Origin: a virus
Length of the DNA: 64,000 bases
Strand: one strand, 5' to 3'
IMG/VR virus record: IMGVR_UViG_3300036861_000275
Span: 1-64,000 of that record
Each line of letters begins with the position of its first letter. Within the stretch, counting starts at the first letter, position 1. A program made the position numbers and the translations under genes. The notes below the pieces were generated by a model. The model saw only the letters and a program-made list of their open reading frames with translations. It ran no database searches and was not told the origin of the DNA. Positions 1 to 8,014 of this stretch are shown one piece after another.

Positions 1-283
1 TCTCGACGCCCTTCAGTACGCCCCGATCGAATACATCGCCTTCGATCAGATGGATCTTGAGGACCCCGCACTCGGAGCGGCATCGGACCACCTTGGGCGC
101 CTTGTAGGGTGGAGGCGGCGGCGAGTCGGCGGCGATGGTCCCAGATCCGCCCTGAGTCCGGTCCTCGAGGTAGGAGTACAGAACCTCTAGAAGCGGATGC
201 CAGCCCTTTCCGACACAATCCTGAGCCATTCCGAGAGTGAGACCTCTTAGAGCGTACGCGCCTGGATGCAGTTCACCCGTCAC
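1..283 (-). CDS. Hypothetical phage protein (3' end truncated by window)
   Basis: GTG overlaps the upstream TGA (GTGA); frame is open to the window edge: MTGELHPGAY...CVGKGWHPLLEVLY... Confidence 0.6.
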   Translation of the reverse strand, partial: MTGELHPGAYALRGLTLGMAQDCVGKGWHPLLEVLYSYLEDRTQGGSGTIAADSPPPPPYKAPKVVRCRSECGVLKIHLIEGDVFDRGVLKGVE

Positions 284-687
284 CACAGCCCTCCCTCGTG
301 GTAACACCTGACGCGTCCCTTACAGACGTGGCGCGGGCATGGATCTTTGTCGGTGAGTCTTGGCAGATCCACCTCAATCCTCTCCTGAGCGTCGTAGACG
401 ACCTTGCAGGTATCGCATCGGTACCGAGAACGGATCGCCTGCAACATGAACTCGCCGCGCATGAGTTTCCTCTGCCGCACCCACCAACCTCGAGGGTTCA
501 GGATAGACGGAAGCGGGCTAGAGTGCCCGTCGTCTAGACCGGTAGCTATCAGGTATCCGCGGGGATCGGCCGCCGTCGCGATCATAGCGTCCGCCAGCCC
601 GGCCCAGTCTAAACCGTTTTCACAGATCCTTCGAGCCCGCGGCAGCTTTTCACCGTCGGCAAGGCGGTTAATAGACCATGACAGCAT
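280..687 (-). CDS. Hypothetical protein with C-terminal Cys motifs (CxxC...CPxxxC)
   Basis: ORF coupled to both neighbours. Confidence 0.65.
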   Translation of the reverse strand: MLSWSINRLADGEKLPRARRICENGLDWAGLADAMIATAADPRGYLIATGLDDGHSSPLPSILNPRGWWVRQRKLMRGEFMLQAIRSRYRCDTCKVVYDAQERIEVDLPRLTDKDPCPRHVCKGRVRCYHEGGLW

Positions 688-1043
688 TAGTGCACTCCCG
701 CTCGGCCTAGGATGCGGCCGGTGTTCGTCTCGACCTGAACCGCCCTGTCATCCCAGAGCTCGATCATATTGGAGTCTTTGGCGGCAATCACAGGCAGCAC
801 CCTTCCTAGATGCTGTAGACACCAGAGTTTGATCGGCGGGGTGGTCACAGCCGGATCATTACCCGGCCCTACCCGGGCCGTCACAATGCGCACATCTCGG
901 CCTTCGGCGAGCCACGCCTTGACACGTTCGACCATGGCCGGTATCGGCTTGCCGATGTCGTCCGGTCGCCACTCTTCTTGAGGCTTTGAGTGGTACTCGG
1001 CCAATGTCCCGTCCAGGTCGACGCCAAACCATCCATTACCCAT
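687..1043 (-). CDS. HAD-superfamily phosphatase-like phage protein
   Basis: VDLDGTLA motif I, VRIVTAR motif II, ELWDDRA motif IV; start placed at the ATG overlapping the upstream TGA. Confidence 0.8.
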   Translation of the reverse strand: MGNGWFGVDLDGTLAEYHSKPQEEWRPDDIGKPIPAMVERVKAWLAEGRDVRIVTARVGPGNDPAVTTPPIKLWCLQHLGRVLPVIAAKDSNMIELWDDRAVQVETNTGRILGRAGVH

Positions 1044-1216
1044 CAATCCCCCCATTCGTCCACCACAGGCCGGTATCGGCCGCAGTCGCATCCGTCTTCC
1101 TGGCATTCCTCGCAACCCCCTGGGAAGCCCGGCAAGCGCACGTGAAGCGCAGCAGGATGCCCACATTCACACCGGTCAGCAGGCCGCCACTACATCCCTA
1201 GCAGCGCTTCCCTCAA
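1043..1216 (-). pseudogene. Small Cys/His zinc-finger ORF interrupted by an in-frame TAG
   Basis: Reads MREALLGM*WRPADRCECGHPAALH...GCEECQEDGCDCGRY...; TAG at 1190-1192; both ends overlap neighbouring stop/start codons. Confidence 0.45.
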
Positions 1217-1407
1217 CCTGTCTTCTTCCTCTTCCGGTAAATCATATGTCCACGTTCGCAGACGTGGAAGCGGCTATGCTGAAGGCGGCTGTTCTTGCCG
1301 CTCCCCTTGCCGACAGGGAACTTCAGCCTGGTTTCGCTACCGTCCATGGGACACGTCCCGGTCTTGGTGGCACTGCCGCCCGCTTCAGCCCTATGCGCCC
1401 GAGGCAT
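1213..1407 (-). CDS. Small basic hypothetical protein (CPxD...CxxGH)
   Basis: ATG overlaps upstream TGA; MPRAHRAE...RKRKKTG. Confidence 0.55.
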   Translation of the reverse strand: MPRAHRAEAGGSATKTGTCPMDGSETRLKFPVGKGSGKNSRLQHSRFHVCERGHMIYRKRKKTG

Positions 1408-2141
1408 CAGGATATCCCCGGCAGGTACGGCTGAATCGCCCGGGCCAGATCCTTCAGGGCAGGGCGCCAGATACCGTGGCGCTGGACGACTGGAACGAAT
1501 TCCTCGATGTCGTGCCCCCGCAGCTTCCACTCGCCGAAAACGCCCTCCTCGTTCATGTCTCTGCCGGCCATGTGGCACAGCTCGTGGTCGAGCAGGGCAA
1601 GGCGCTGGCTCATGTCGAAGATTTCCCACGTGTCGGTGTCGACCTCGATCACGTAGTCCGGGTTCCGCTCGACTTCCATCGCGGCCAAGAGAGCCCGCTC
1701 GGTCTTCTTCAGGCGACGGGCCCGGCCCCACTGCTTACAGCCCTCAGAGACGCCCAGAGGCCCGGACAGAACCACGATGTAGGCGGCTTCGAGGTGAGGA
1801 TGATGCTTCCGGATGGGCGACAACAGCACCTCCGCAGCTTTGCATCGGAACCACTCCCCCGCGGCGCCCCGGGCCTGGTCCCTCATCTTCTGGCCGATGT
1901 CTATGCCATCCAAGCCGTCGCCGGTGTCAGATGTGGCCCCCGTCGTAGCCTTTGATCTCCTCTTCCGGCTGTTTCTCTCCGCCGCCTCCCTGGCTGCCGT
2001 CCCCTTGATCAGGGCATCGAGATCCGCCTTCGGCCCGTTTCCCACCTGGATGGTAGCCTTGGTCCCCGATCCAGCCGGCCCCGCCTCCTGAATCCTCTTT
2101 GCGAGTTCGTCCATGATCATCTCTGCCGTCTCCTGTCCCAT
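1407..2141 (-). CDS. Putative phage metallopeptidase
   Basis: ALLDHELCH (HExxH) followed by LRGHDIEEF..VV.RHG.W, typical of the phage metallopeptidase family; GGAGG RBS. Confidence 0.8.
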   Translation of the reverse strand: MGQETAEMIMDELAKRIQEAGPAGSGTKATIQVGNGPKADLDALIKGTAAREAAERNSRKRRSKATTGATSDTGDGLDGIDIGQKMRDQARGAAGEWFRCKAAEVLLSPIRKHHPHLEAAYIVVLSGPLGVSEGCKQWGRARRLKKTERALLAAMEVERNPDYVIEVDTDTWEIFDMSQRLALLDHELCHMAGRDMNEEGVFGEWKLRGHDIEEFVPVVQRHGIWRPALKDLARAIQPYLPGIS

Positions 2142-2397
2142 CCTGTCCTCCTTTGCCTATTTGGTCTACGACCCATTGGCGAATACCGTCGTGGTCGATC
2201 CCGTCCAGGGCATCAAGTAATGTGTCCACCTTGAGGTACAGTATACCTTTGTCGGTGGACCGGTTGGTACAGCCTTGAGCCGAGCAGTAAACGACTCCAG
2301 GTTGTGGTCGGCTCAGCGTGGTCGCGAAACACCTGGGGCACATCTCTATCACATCGGGGTGCTTCACGTTGAAGTGTTCAGTGTAGAGCGGTCTCAT
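1927..2397 (-). CDS. Hypothetical zinc-ribbon protein (C-terminus runs into the metallopeptidase gene)
   Basis: ATGA-coupled start; CPRC...CSAQGC. Confidence 0.5.
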   Translation of the reverse strand: MRPLYTEHFNVKHPDVIEMCPRCFATTLSRPQPGVVYCSAQGCTNRSTDKGILYLKVDTLLDALDGIDHDGIRQWVVDQIGKGGQDGTGDGRDDHGRTRKEDSGGGAGWIGDQGYHPGGKRAEGGSRCPDQGDGSQGGGGEKQPEEEIKGYDGGHI

Positions 2398-2795
2398 GAT
2401 CGGCTCCGCGTGAATGGCACGAACTCGTTCATAGGCAGCCTTGATAGGCTCCACTGCCGGCCGAAGTTATAGCCGGAGTCTATTTCGGTGTCGACGGTCC
2501 ATAGATGGCCTATCGCCGGCTCGTACTTCACCCGGTCTACCATCATGATCCGCACCACCAGATTAAAAGTATGCGTCCAACGCCTCATCGGCGGGAAGTC
2601 TATCACATCCTCGACAGCGGCCAGCGCGTAGCAAACGAATCCGTTACCTTCCCTGGCCTCGACCATGATGAGGTCGCCGTCGGCGTAATCTTCGGCTACT
2701 GGCTTGGCGGCCTTGTCCCGGCTGGCTTTGCGGCGCTTGACGGCGGTGTCATATAAGTATTGGCCTTTAGTGTCGGGGCTACGCTGCTCGCTCAT
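2394..2795 (-). CDS. Hypothetical protein
   Basis: ORF in coupled run. Confidence 0.6.
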   Translation of the reverse strand: MSEQRSPDTKGQYLYDTAVKRRKASRDKAAKPVAEDYADGDLIMVEAREGNGFVCYALAAVEDVIDFPPMRRWTHTFNLVVRIMMVDRVKYEPAIGHLWTVDTEIDSGYNFGRQWSLSRLPMNEFVPFTRSRS

Positions 2796-2801
2796 ACCCC
2801 A

Positions 2802-3107
2802 TCATCGCGCCTTCCGGCGTTTCTTATTGCGTCCCTTCCAGAGGGATGCCCGGACCGGTTTAGGTCTAGACTTATGGACGATAGCGCACATAGCGGCATT
2901 ACCCTCTGACCCTACACCTTCGCAGCCAGCGACGATACCACCAGTTTCAACTTTGCCGTCGTCTAACCCCGGGCACTGGAGATGCGTCGAGCAGTAGACC
3001 GCCATAAAGTCTTCCTTGCCAGGCTCGAAGCTACTCGGCCAGCATCCTGGGCACCTGGTGCGGATGAATGGCTCATCGTCTATCCAGATACCGTTTGACC
3101 AGCTCAT
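2802..3107 (-). CDS. Cys-rich hypothetical protein with basic tail
   Basis: CPGC, CSTH motifs; fits gene tiling. Confidence 0.6.
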   Translation of the reverse strand: MSWSNGIWIDDEPFIRTRCPGCWPSSFEPGKEDFMAVYCSTHLQCPGLDDGKVETGGIVAGCEGVGSEGNAAMCAIVHKSRPKPVRASLWKGRNKKRRKAR

Positions 3108-3112
3108 TCTAC

Positions 3113-3505
3113 TTATCCACCCTGAATGTTCTTAACCCAGTCCCGCCAACGCCCCAGCAACACAGGGTTCGGGGCCTCCGTCACCCCGGCCGCTAGGAGT
3201 GTGGCGGCGGCAAGGTTGGCCTGTGCTTGCGTCGCAGCGGCCAGGATATTGGACTGAGACTGGGTAGCAGCCGCTAACACTGAGGCGTTGATGACGTCCT
3301 GCGCCGTCTGGGCGATAGTCGCGGCCGTCAAGGCGTCGACCGACGTTTTGACGGATTGTAGCGCGTCCTGAATCTCGGTCACTAGTCCAGTTATTAGAGT
3401 ATCCATCGCACTTTTCAGACCTGGGATCGAAACGGTGTCTGATGCTGCGGGGACCGCGTCTCCAACTTTGAGCTACCATGTAGGAATTGGATCGCCTGCT
3501 GCCAT
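3113..3505 (-). pseudogene. Ala/Thr/Gln-rich paralog of 3568..4335 with in-frame TAG at codon 11 (pseudogene or readthrough)
   Basis: GGAGG RBS; MAAGDPIPTW*LKVGDAVPAASDTVSIPGLKS aligns with MAAGDPIATFALKIGDVVPVASDNVSIPGIKT; in frame with ORF 3113..3406. Confidence 0.7.
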
Positions 3506-3567
3506 GTGACACCTCCGTCATGGAGGGACCCTTGTATCAGAGCAGTGGTCATATTATCCAGTATCTG

Positions 3568-4335
3568 TCACATCGCCGGTAGTGAAAAGTTGGGCGTCCA
3601 CGGAACCCATACACCTCTGTGCCTATCCAGCTTGATGGGTCCGCTCGCCTGCTCATCGGCGAATACCCAAGTCCGACCGGAGTTGTCGAGTCCGATCAGG
3701 GCAGTGAAACCAGGCCCCTGATACTGGACCATGTGTACCAGGCGCCGCACCGGGAATGGCGAAGTCTTGTCGTCGATTCGGCTGAGCCTCTCCAGGGCGA
3801 ATCTGACGTTCTGGATGCTCATCGCAAGGCCGCTAGGATTTACCGTTGAGCCTAGATCGCTTCCGATGCTCGCCACGGCATTCTTCAGGGTGTCCACGGA
3901 ACTTTTCAGCCCATCAGTGACCAGGCCGATATTGATAGACCCCCTTAGCAGATCAATAGTTGTCTCGATTTGATCCGCCTCGGCTTGGAGCATGGCGGTC
4001 TGGGCCGTAATGGCTGCCGTAGTTGCCGCTACCGCTGCCGTTTGGGCATTAGTGGCATTAGTCTGTGTCGCCAAAGCCGCTTCGACCGCTGCCGTCTGGG
4101 CCTGGACAGCGGCCGTCTGATTTGTGATTGCCACAGTCTGGGCCGTAGTAGCTGCCGTGAGGGCGTCAATGGCGTCTCTGACCTCGGTGACGAGTCCAGA
4201 CGCCAATATGGCCATCTGAGCCGTCAGGTTGTCGACCCCAGTTTTGATACCGGGGATCGAGACGTTATCTGATGCTACAGGAACTACGTCTCCGATTTTG
4301 AGAGCGAATGTTGCTATCGGATCGCCTGCGGCCAT
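3568..4335 (-). CDS. Ala/Thr-rich heptad-repeat coiled-coil protein
   Basis: TAATTAQ/TVAITNQ/TAAVQAQ-type repeats. Confidence 0.75.
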   Translation of the reverse strand: MAAGDPIATFALKIGDVVPVASDNVSIPGIKTGVDNLTAQMAILASGLVTEVRDAIDALTAATTAQTVAITNQTAAVQAQTAAVEAALATQTNATNAQTAAVAATTAAITAQTAMLQAEADQIETTIDLLRGSINIGLVTDGLKSSVDTLKNAVASIGSDLGSTVNPSGLAMSIQNVRFALERLSRIDDKTSPFPVRRLVHMVQYQGPGFTALIGLDNSGRTWVFADEQASGPIKLDRHRGVWVPWTPNFSLPAM

Positions 4336-4357
4336 AAGTCGCCCCCCTTATATCCCC

Positions 4358-4642
4358 TCAGTTCGTGCTTCCTACGCTGCCTGGGTTCTCGGGATTGGTG
4401 ACGTCGATCATGCGGACAGGTGCATCCAAGTGCTCTAGCACGCTGAGCAGGGCTTTACGTATCTCGGCTCTAACAGCACCAGCCTCGTGCAGCATCCCGC
4501 CAGCTATCGGTAGATAGACGCCTTCCTGCTCGAAAATGAGACAGATTGGCCTGGCTCCGTTTTTACGGGCAGACTCGCTTCCGAGTAGCGCCGCCCATTG
4601 GAGTACCTGAAGGTGGAAGAACACGGTGTTCTCGCTGCTCAT
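4358..4642 (-). CDS. Hypothetical protein
   Basis: ATGA-coupled to the methyltransferase stop; MSSENTVFF... Confidence 0.6.
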   Translation of the reverse strand: MSSENTVFFHLQVLQWAALLGSESARKNGARPICLIFEQEGVYLPIAGGMLHEAGAVRAEIRKALLSVLEHLDAPVRMIDVTNPENPGSVGSTN

Positions 4643-6090
4643 ATCAGTTTCCTTTGAACGCCTTGTTGCCGCCGCTCTGCCATAGCCACGTAGGATGGAT
4701 TCAGTTCGATGAGGATGGCTCTCCTGCCGTGCTGAGCCGCGACAACGCCGACGGTCCCGGAGCCACCGAATGGGTCTAGCACAGTGCCGTCTTTCGGACA
4801 GCCAGCTAGCAGGCACGGCTCGACCAGCTTCTTCGGGAATGTGGCGAAGTGGGCCTCCGGGAATGCCTCCGTCGGGATGGTCCAGACTGTGCGGCGGTTG
4901 CGGGTGGCTCGAGGTTGCCACGGCTCGTCCGATCCGCGTCCGCCCCGGCTGAGCTGCTCCGGGCGTTTGTAGCCGTTGCCGCTGGGATGATCCGAGACGG
5001 CCGGTTCCTCGATGGCCTCATGGTCATAGTAGTATGCGGTATGACTTGGACGCGATATACTAAACTCATGACTAACGAGGTCGTACTTGCATACTTGGCC
5101 GGAGTTGTGGATAGCGACGGCAGTATCTCCATAGCGGTGGACACTTGGAGGCAGCGCGTACTTGGCCGCACCCCCTCCTATCAGGAGATGATCGCCGTCG
5201 GCCAGTGCGACACCCAGGCGGTGCAACTCCTCCAAGAAACGTTTGGGGGCAGCGTCCACCAAACGAAAGCGCGCGGCGAGAAGCGCCGCCCTATGTCCTA
5301 CTGGCAGGTCTCCAACAGAGTAGCCGTCAACGTCGCCAGATCCCTGTTGCCGTTCCTGAGAATTAAGAAGCGACAGGCCGAGATACTTCTTCGACTCCGG
5401 CGCATCAAGGATCGCGGAAGAAAATGCAATACAGAGATCACGCGCCCCCATGTCCGCACTCTTCAGGCGAGCGTTATCGCCGAGATGGAAGGACTCGTCC
5501 GAGAGGTCCGAGAGATGAACGCCTCGCGTTACCCACGAGCCCTTAGCAAATAGGAAGAGGTACTCATGTGACTTCGTTGGCCGATCCTTGATGCTCTCTG
5601 GCATCGCGTTCGGTTTTTCCCATATAATATCAGAGCGTAGGTACCAGCCGTCGGCCCGGAGCGCGAAAGCTACAGACCACGGAATCCCAACCAAGTCTTT
5701 TGGCTTCAAGCCATCAGTCAGAGACCTGTAGCCGCCCTTAAACATCCTCGCCGTCCTGGCTGCGCCGCCGTCTTTGCTCTTAGTCCCACCAGTCATGCCG
5801 CCTGTGTTAGCGTATGAGTCCCCTAGATTAAGCCAGAGGGTCCCATCATTCCGTAACACCCGGCGCACGGCCCGGAATACCTCGACCAGATGCTTGACGT
5901 AATCTTCTGGCGTCGGCTCGAGGCCTAGCGAACCGATCCAGCCATTCCCCCAGTATTGCGACTCAGTGCCATAGTCGCGGAGTCCCCAGTATGGCGGGCT
6001 TGTAATAACACAGTGCACGCTCTCATTCGGCAATTCTATCAGCCGATTGAGCACGTGTCCCTGGAGAATCCTGGTGGTCGGCTCGGTCAC
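4639..6090 (-). CDS. DNA amino-methyltransferase (N4-C/N6-A, beta class) with ~166-codon insertion
   Basis: ITSPPY motif IV, DIIWEKPN, HEYLFLFAK, HFATFP, VLDPFGGSGT motif I; foreign segment between FAKG and YYYD. Confidence 0.92.
   Translation of the reverse strand: MTEPTTRILQGHVLNRLIELPNESVHCVITSPPYWGLRDYGTESQYWGNGWIGSLGLEPTPEDYVKHLVEVFRAVRRVLRNDGTLWLNLGDSYANTGGMTGGTKSKDGGAARTARMFKGGYRSLTDGLKPKDLVGIPWSVAFALRADGWYLRSDIIWEKPNAMPESIKDRPTKSHEYLFLFAKGSWVTRGVHLSDLSDESFHLGDNARLKSADMGARDLCIAFSSAILDAPESKKYLGLSLLNSQERQQGSGDVDGYSVGDLPVGHRAALLAARFRLVDAAPKRFLEELHRLGVALADGDHLLIGGGAAKYALPPSVHRYGDTAVAIHNSGQVCKYDLVSHEFSISRPSHTAYYYDHEAIEEPAVSDHPSGNGYKRPEQLSRGGRGSDEPWQPRATRNRRTVWTIPTEAFPEAHFATFPKKLVEPCLLAGCPKDGTVLDPFGGSGTVGVVAAQHGRRAILIELNPSYVAMAERRQQGVQRKLI
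5056..5067 (+). promoter_or_regulatory. Candidate -10 box for a leaderless LAGLIDADG transcript
   Basis: TATACT 6 nt before the ATG; no Shine-Dalgarno sequence. Confidence 0.45.
5068..5553 (+). CDS. Single-motif LAGLIDADG homing endonuclease nested antisense in the methyltransferase
   Basis: LAYLAGVVDSDGSISI motif; LQETFGG, YWQVS, LLPFLRIKKRQA signature segments. Confidence 0.9.
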   Translation: MTNEVVLAYLAGVVDSDGSISIAVDTWRQRVLGRTPSYQEMIAVGQCDTQAVQLLQETFGGSVHQTKARGEKRRPMSYWQVSNRVAVNVARSLLPFLRIKKRQAEILLRLRRIKDRGRKCNTEITRPHVRTLQASVIAEMEGLVREVREMNASRYPRALSK

Positions 6091-6359
6091 GGCTCACCGC
6101 CGTCAGCCACCCTGGCCAGGACATCGCCGTGACACTTCCGGGGCGAGCAGTAGCAGAGCAGAACCTTCCCACGTAGCTCGGATCTCGCCGCCTCGACCAG
6201 GTCGGGCCGAACCCGGAGCATCTTGATGTATTGATTAATCGAGCCGTTCCGCCCATATCTGTAGATGTGGAACGGGTTCCCCCACTTCGACGGATTCCCG
6301 ATGTAGACCTCGTCCGGTGTTTTCAGCCTGTCTTGAAAGTTAATCACCGTCGTAGTCAC
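6087..6359 (-). CDS. DUF4326 family protein
   Basis: VYIGNPSKWGNPF...ELRGKVLLCYCSPRKCHGDVL. Confidence 0.85.
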   Translation of the reverse strand: MTTTVINFQDRLKTPDEVYIGNPSKWGNPFHIYRYGRNGSINQYIKMLRVRPDLVEAARSELRGKVLLCYCSPRKCHGDVLARVADGGEP

Positions 6360-7138
6360 ACCGCCCCCTTCACTCGACACACACAGTACCAGCCTGCGCC
6401 CTCAGTTGGATACAGCTTTGCGAGCCTCACTCGCAGCGCCGTCAACTTCCGGTACAGAGTGACAGAGAGTCCACCGATGATGTCGATGAGCCCGACGAGC
6501 GGCGTGTCGTACACGCTTGGATGCAGACTCTCAATCTCGAAGCCGGCCGCCTCGAGCTCGCCACGTAACTCCGGGAGCGTGTATTCGATCTTATGGTCCG
6601 GATCGGAGAACGACGGTAGGCCAGCCGCCCGTAGCCGGCGCTTCCACGATGTCCCGCTGTTCGGAACTGACAAGAGCAGGCGTCCTCCTGGCTTCAGAGC
6701 CCGGCGGCACATTCCCAGCACCTTTTGCCGTCCATGGACGTGCTCTAGTAGGTCGTGGCACAAGATTACATCGAAGTACAAGCCTCCCCAGTCTTGTCTC
6801 TGCCATGACTTCGTGGCGTCCCCGATGTAGAAGACAGCCATTACGCGCCGAGCAGTCCGCTCCCGCCTAGCTGTCTGCACGCTCGCTTCGTCCATATCGA
6901 ACCCTGTGACCGCTTGGCACAGACTAGCCACCCGTAGAGAATGTTGCCCATTCCCACAACCGACGTCGAGCAGGCGGGCGCCCGGCCGGATATGCTCCAT
7001 GTACCAGTAGTGAGAGTCGTCGAGCAGGTGCTTCGGATGGACGCTCTCAGAGCTCTTGCCAGTCCATTTGACCAGCCGGATGGCCAGCCCCTTGGCCTTG
7101 ACGTTACCCCAGAGCGCGACACGCAGTAGTATCTTCAC
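6356..7138 (-). CDS. Class I SAM-dependent methyltransferase (small-molecule/glycan type)
   Basis: LLDVGCGNG, FDVILCHDLLEHV, LKPGGRLLLSVPN. Confidence 0.88.
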   Translation of the reverse strand: MKILLRVALWGNVKAKGLAIRLVKWTGKSSESVHPKHLLDDSHYWYMEHIRPGARLLDVGCGNGQHSLRVASLCQAVTGFDMDEASVQTARRERTARRVMAVFYIGDATKSWQRQDWGGLYFDVILCHDLLEHVHGRQKVLGMCRRALKPGGRLLLSVPNSGTSWKRRLRAAGLPSFSDPDHKIEYTLPELRGELEAAGFEIESLHPSVYDTPLVGLIDIIGGLSVTLYRKLTALRVRLAKLYPTEGAGWYCVCRVKGAV

Positions 7139-7476
7139 TCTGCGCCGGGGAGAGTGACGGTCCAGCGCCCGAGCGTACCGCCAGCACCACGGATCGAAAC
7201 GGCCGGCAAGGGAGATAGGCTCCGATACCGAATCTCTGAGCCTGCAACCTGAGCCTGCCCGGCGTCTACTCTGGCCAGAATAACCAGAAAGCGCTTATGG
7301 ACGTCAGGCCGAATACCCGGCGGCGCAGACTTGGGTTGCTTTTCTGGTTCCATTAGTGCATCAAGCGCCATGCGTACACGGCGGTCATCAGGATCATGGT
7401 CACGGCGTACAGGGCCCATTCTGCACTGGTAATGATCGGTCGATAGTCCATTGTCCCCTCCGTGGGGATATGTCAA
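7135..7476 (-). CDS. Hypothetical protein
   Basis: Coupled ORF. Confidence 0.5.
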   Translation of the reverse strand: MTYPHGGDNGLSTDHYQCRMGPVRRDHDPDDRRVRMALDALMEPEKQPKSAPPGIRPDVHKRFLVILARVDAGQAQVAGSEIRYRSLSPLPAVSIRGAGGTLGRWTVTLPGAE

Positions 7477-7943
7477 GACCTGCCTTCGTTGTCCTCGAGA
7501 TTCTTGACGTCGGCCGATAGGCCCGTCACGGCGCCTGAGACGGCCACGGTGACCACGCGGTAGTCGGCCTCGCGCGCCTTGTCCAGGTTTGTGCCCTGGC
7601 TGTGGCTGTCGGGACTGAACATCATCGGGATCTCCATCTTGCCCATGTGGTCAAGAGCGCCCTTGAGCCGAGTCACGAATGCCTTACCCTGGGCGGCAAT
7701 GGCCTTGCGTCGAATCGCCTCAGCTGCCGACTCCCTAGCGCCTTCGTACTTGCTGAAGCCGGCCAGCCGGCGCTTAATCCACGCCTTAGCGGTCTCGACG
7801 GAGATCTCGGGAGCGGTCACGACGGCGACTGCGCCGCCTTGTAGGACGGTAGCGAAGATGACACACCCATCCTTGTGCTCGGCGTACAGTGGCTTCATGT
7901 CGTCCCCAACGCCGGCCATCAGCACTCGGCGCGAGGTTGTCAT
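7473..7943 (-). CDS. Hypothetical protein
   Basis: Coupled ORF. Confidence 0.6.
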   Translation of the reverse strand: MTTSRRVLMAGVGDDMKPLYAEHKDGCVIFATVLQGGAVAVVTAPEISVETAKAWIKRRLAGFSKYEGARESAAEAIRRKAIAAQGKAFVTRLKGALDHMGKMEIPMMFSPDSHSQGTNLDKAREADYRVVTVAVSGAVTGLSADVKNLEDNEGRS

Positions 7944-7955
7944 GGGCGTTGGTCC

Positions 7956-8004
7956 GGGCCGGCAGCTCCGTTTCGGATAGAGGGACGGAGACTTACGCCG
8001 GCCC
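7956..8004 (-). other. Long intergenic stem-loop
   Basis: Nested inverted repeats GGGCCGGC/GCCGGCCC and CTCCGT/ACGGAG. Confidence 0.55.
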
Positions 8005-8014
8005 AGGTCATTGC

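Noticed and set aside
5041-5538. Intein or group I intron explanation for the methyltransferase insertion
   Set aside because: No intein terminal residues in the methyltransferase frame; the endonuclease is on the opposite strand and fills almost the whole insert, leaving no room for a ribozyme core
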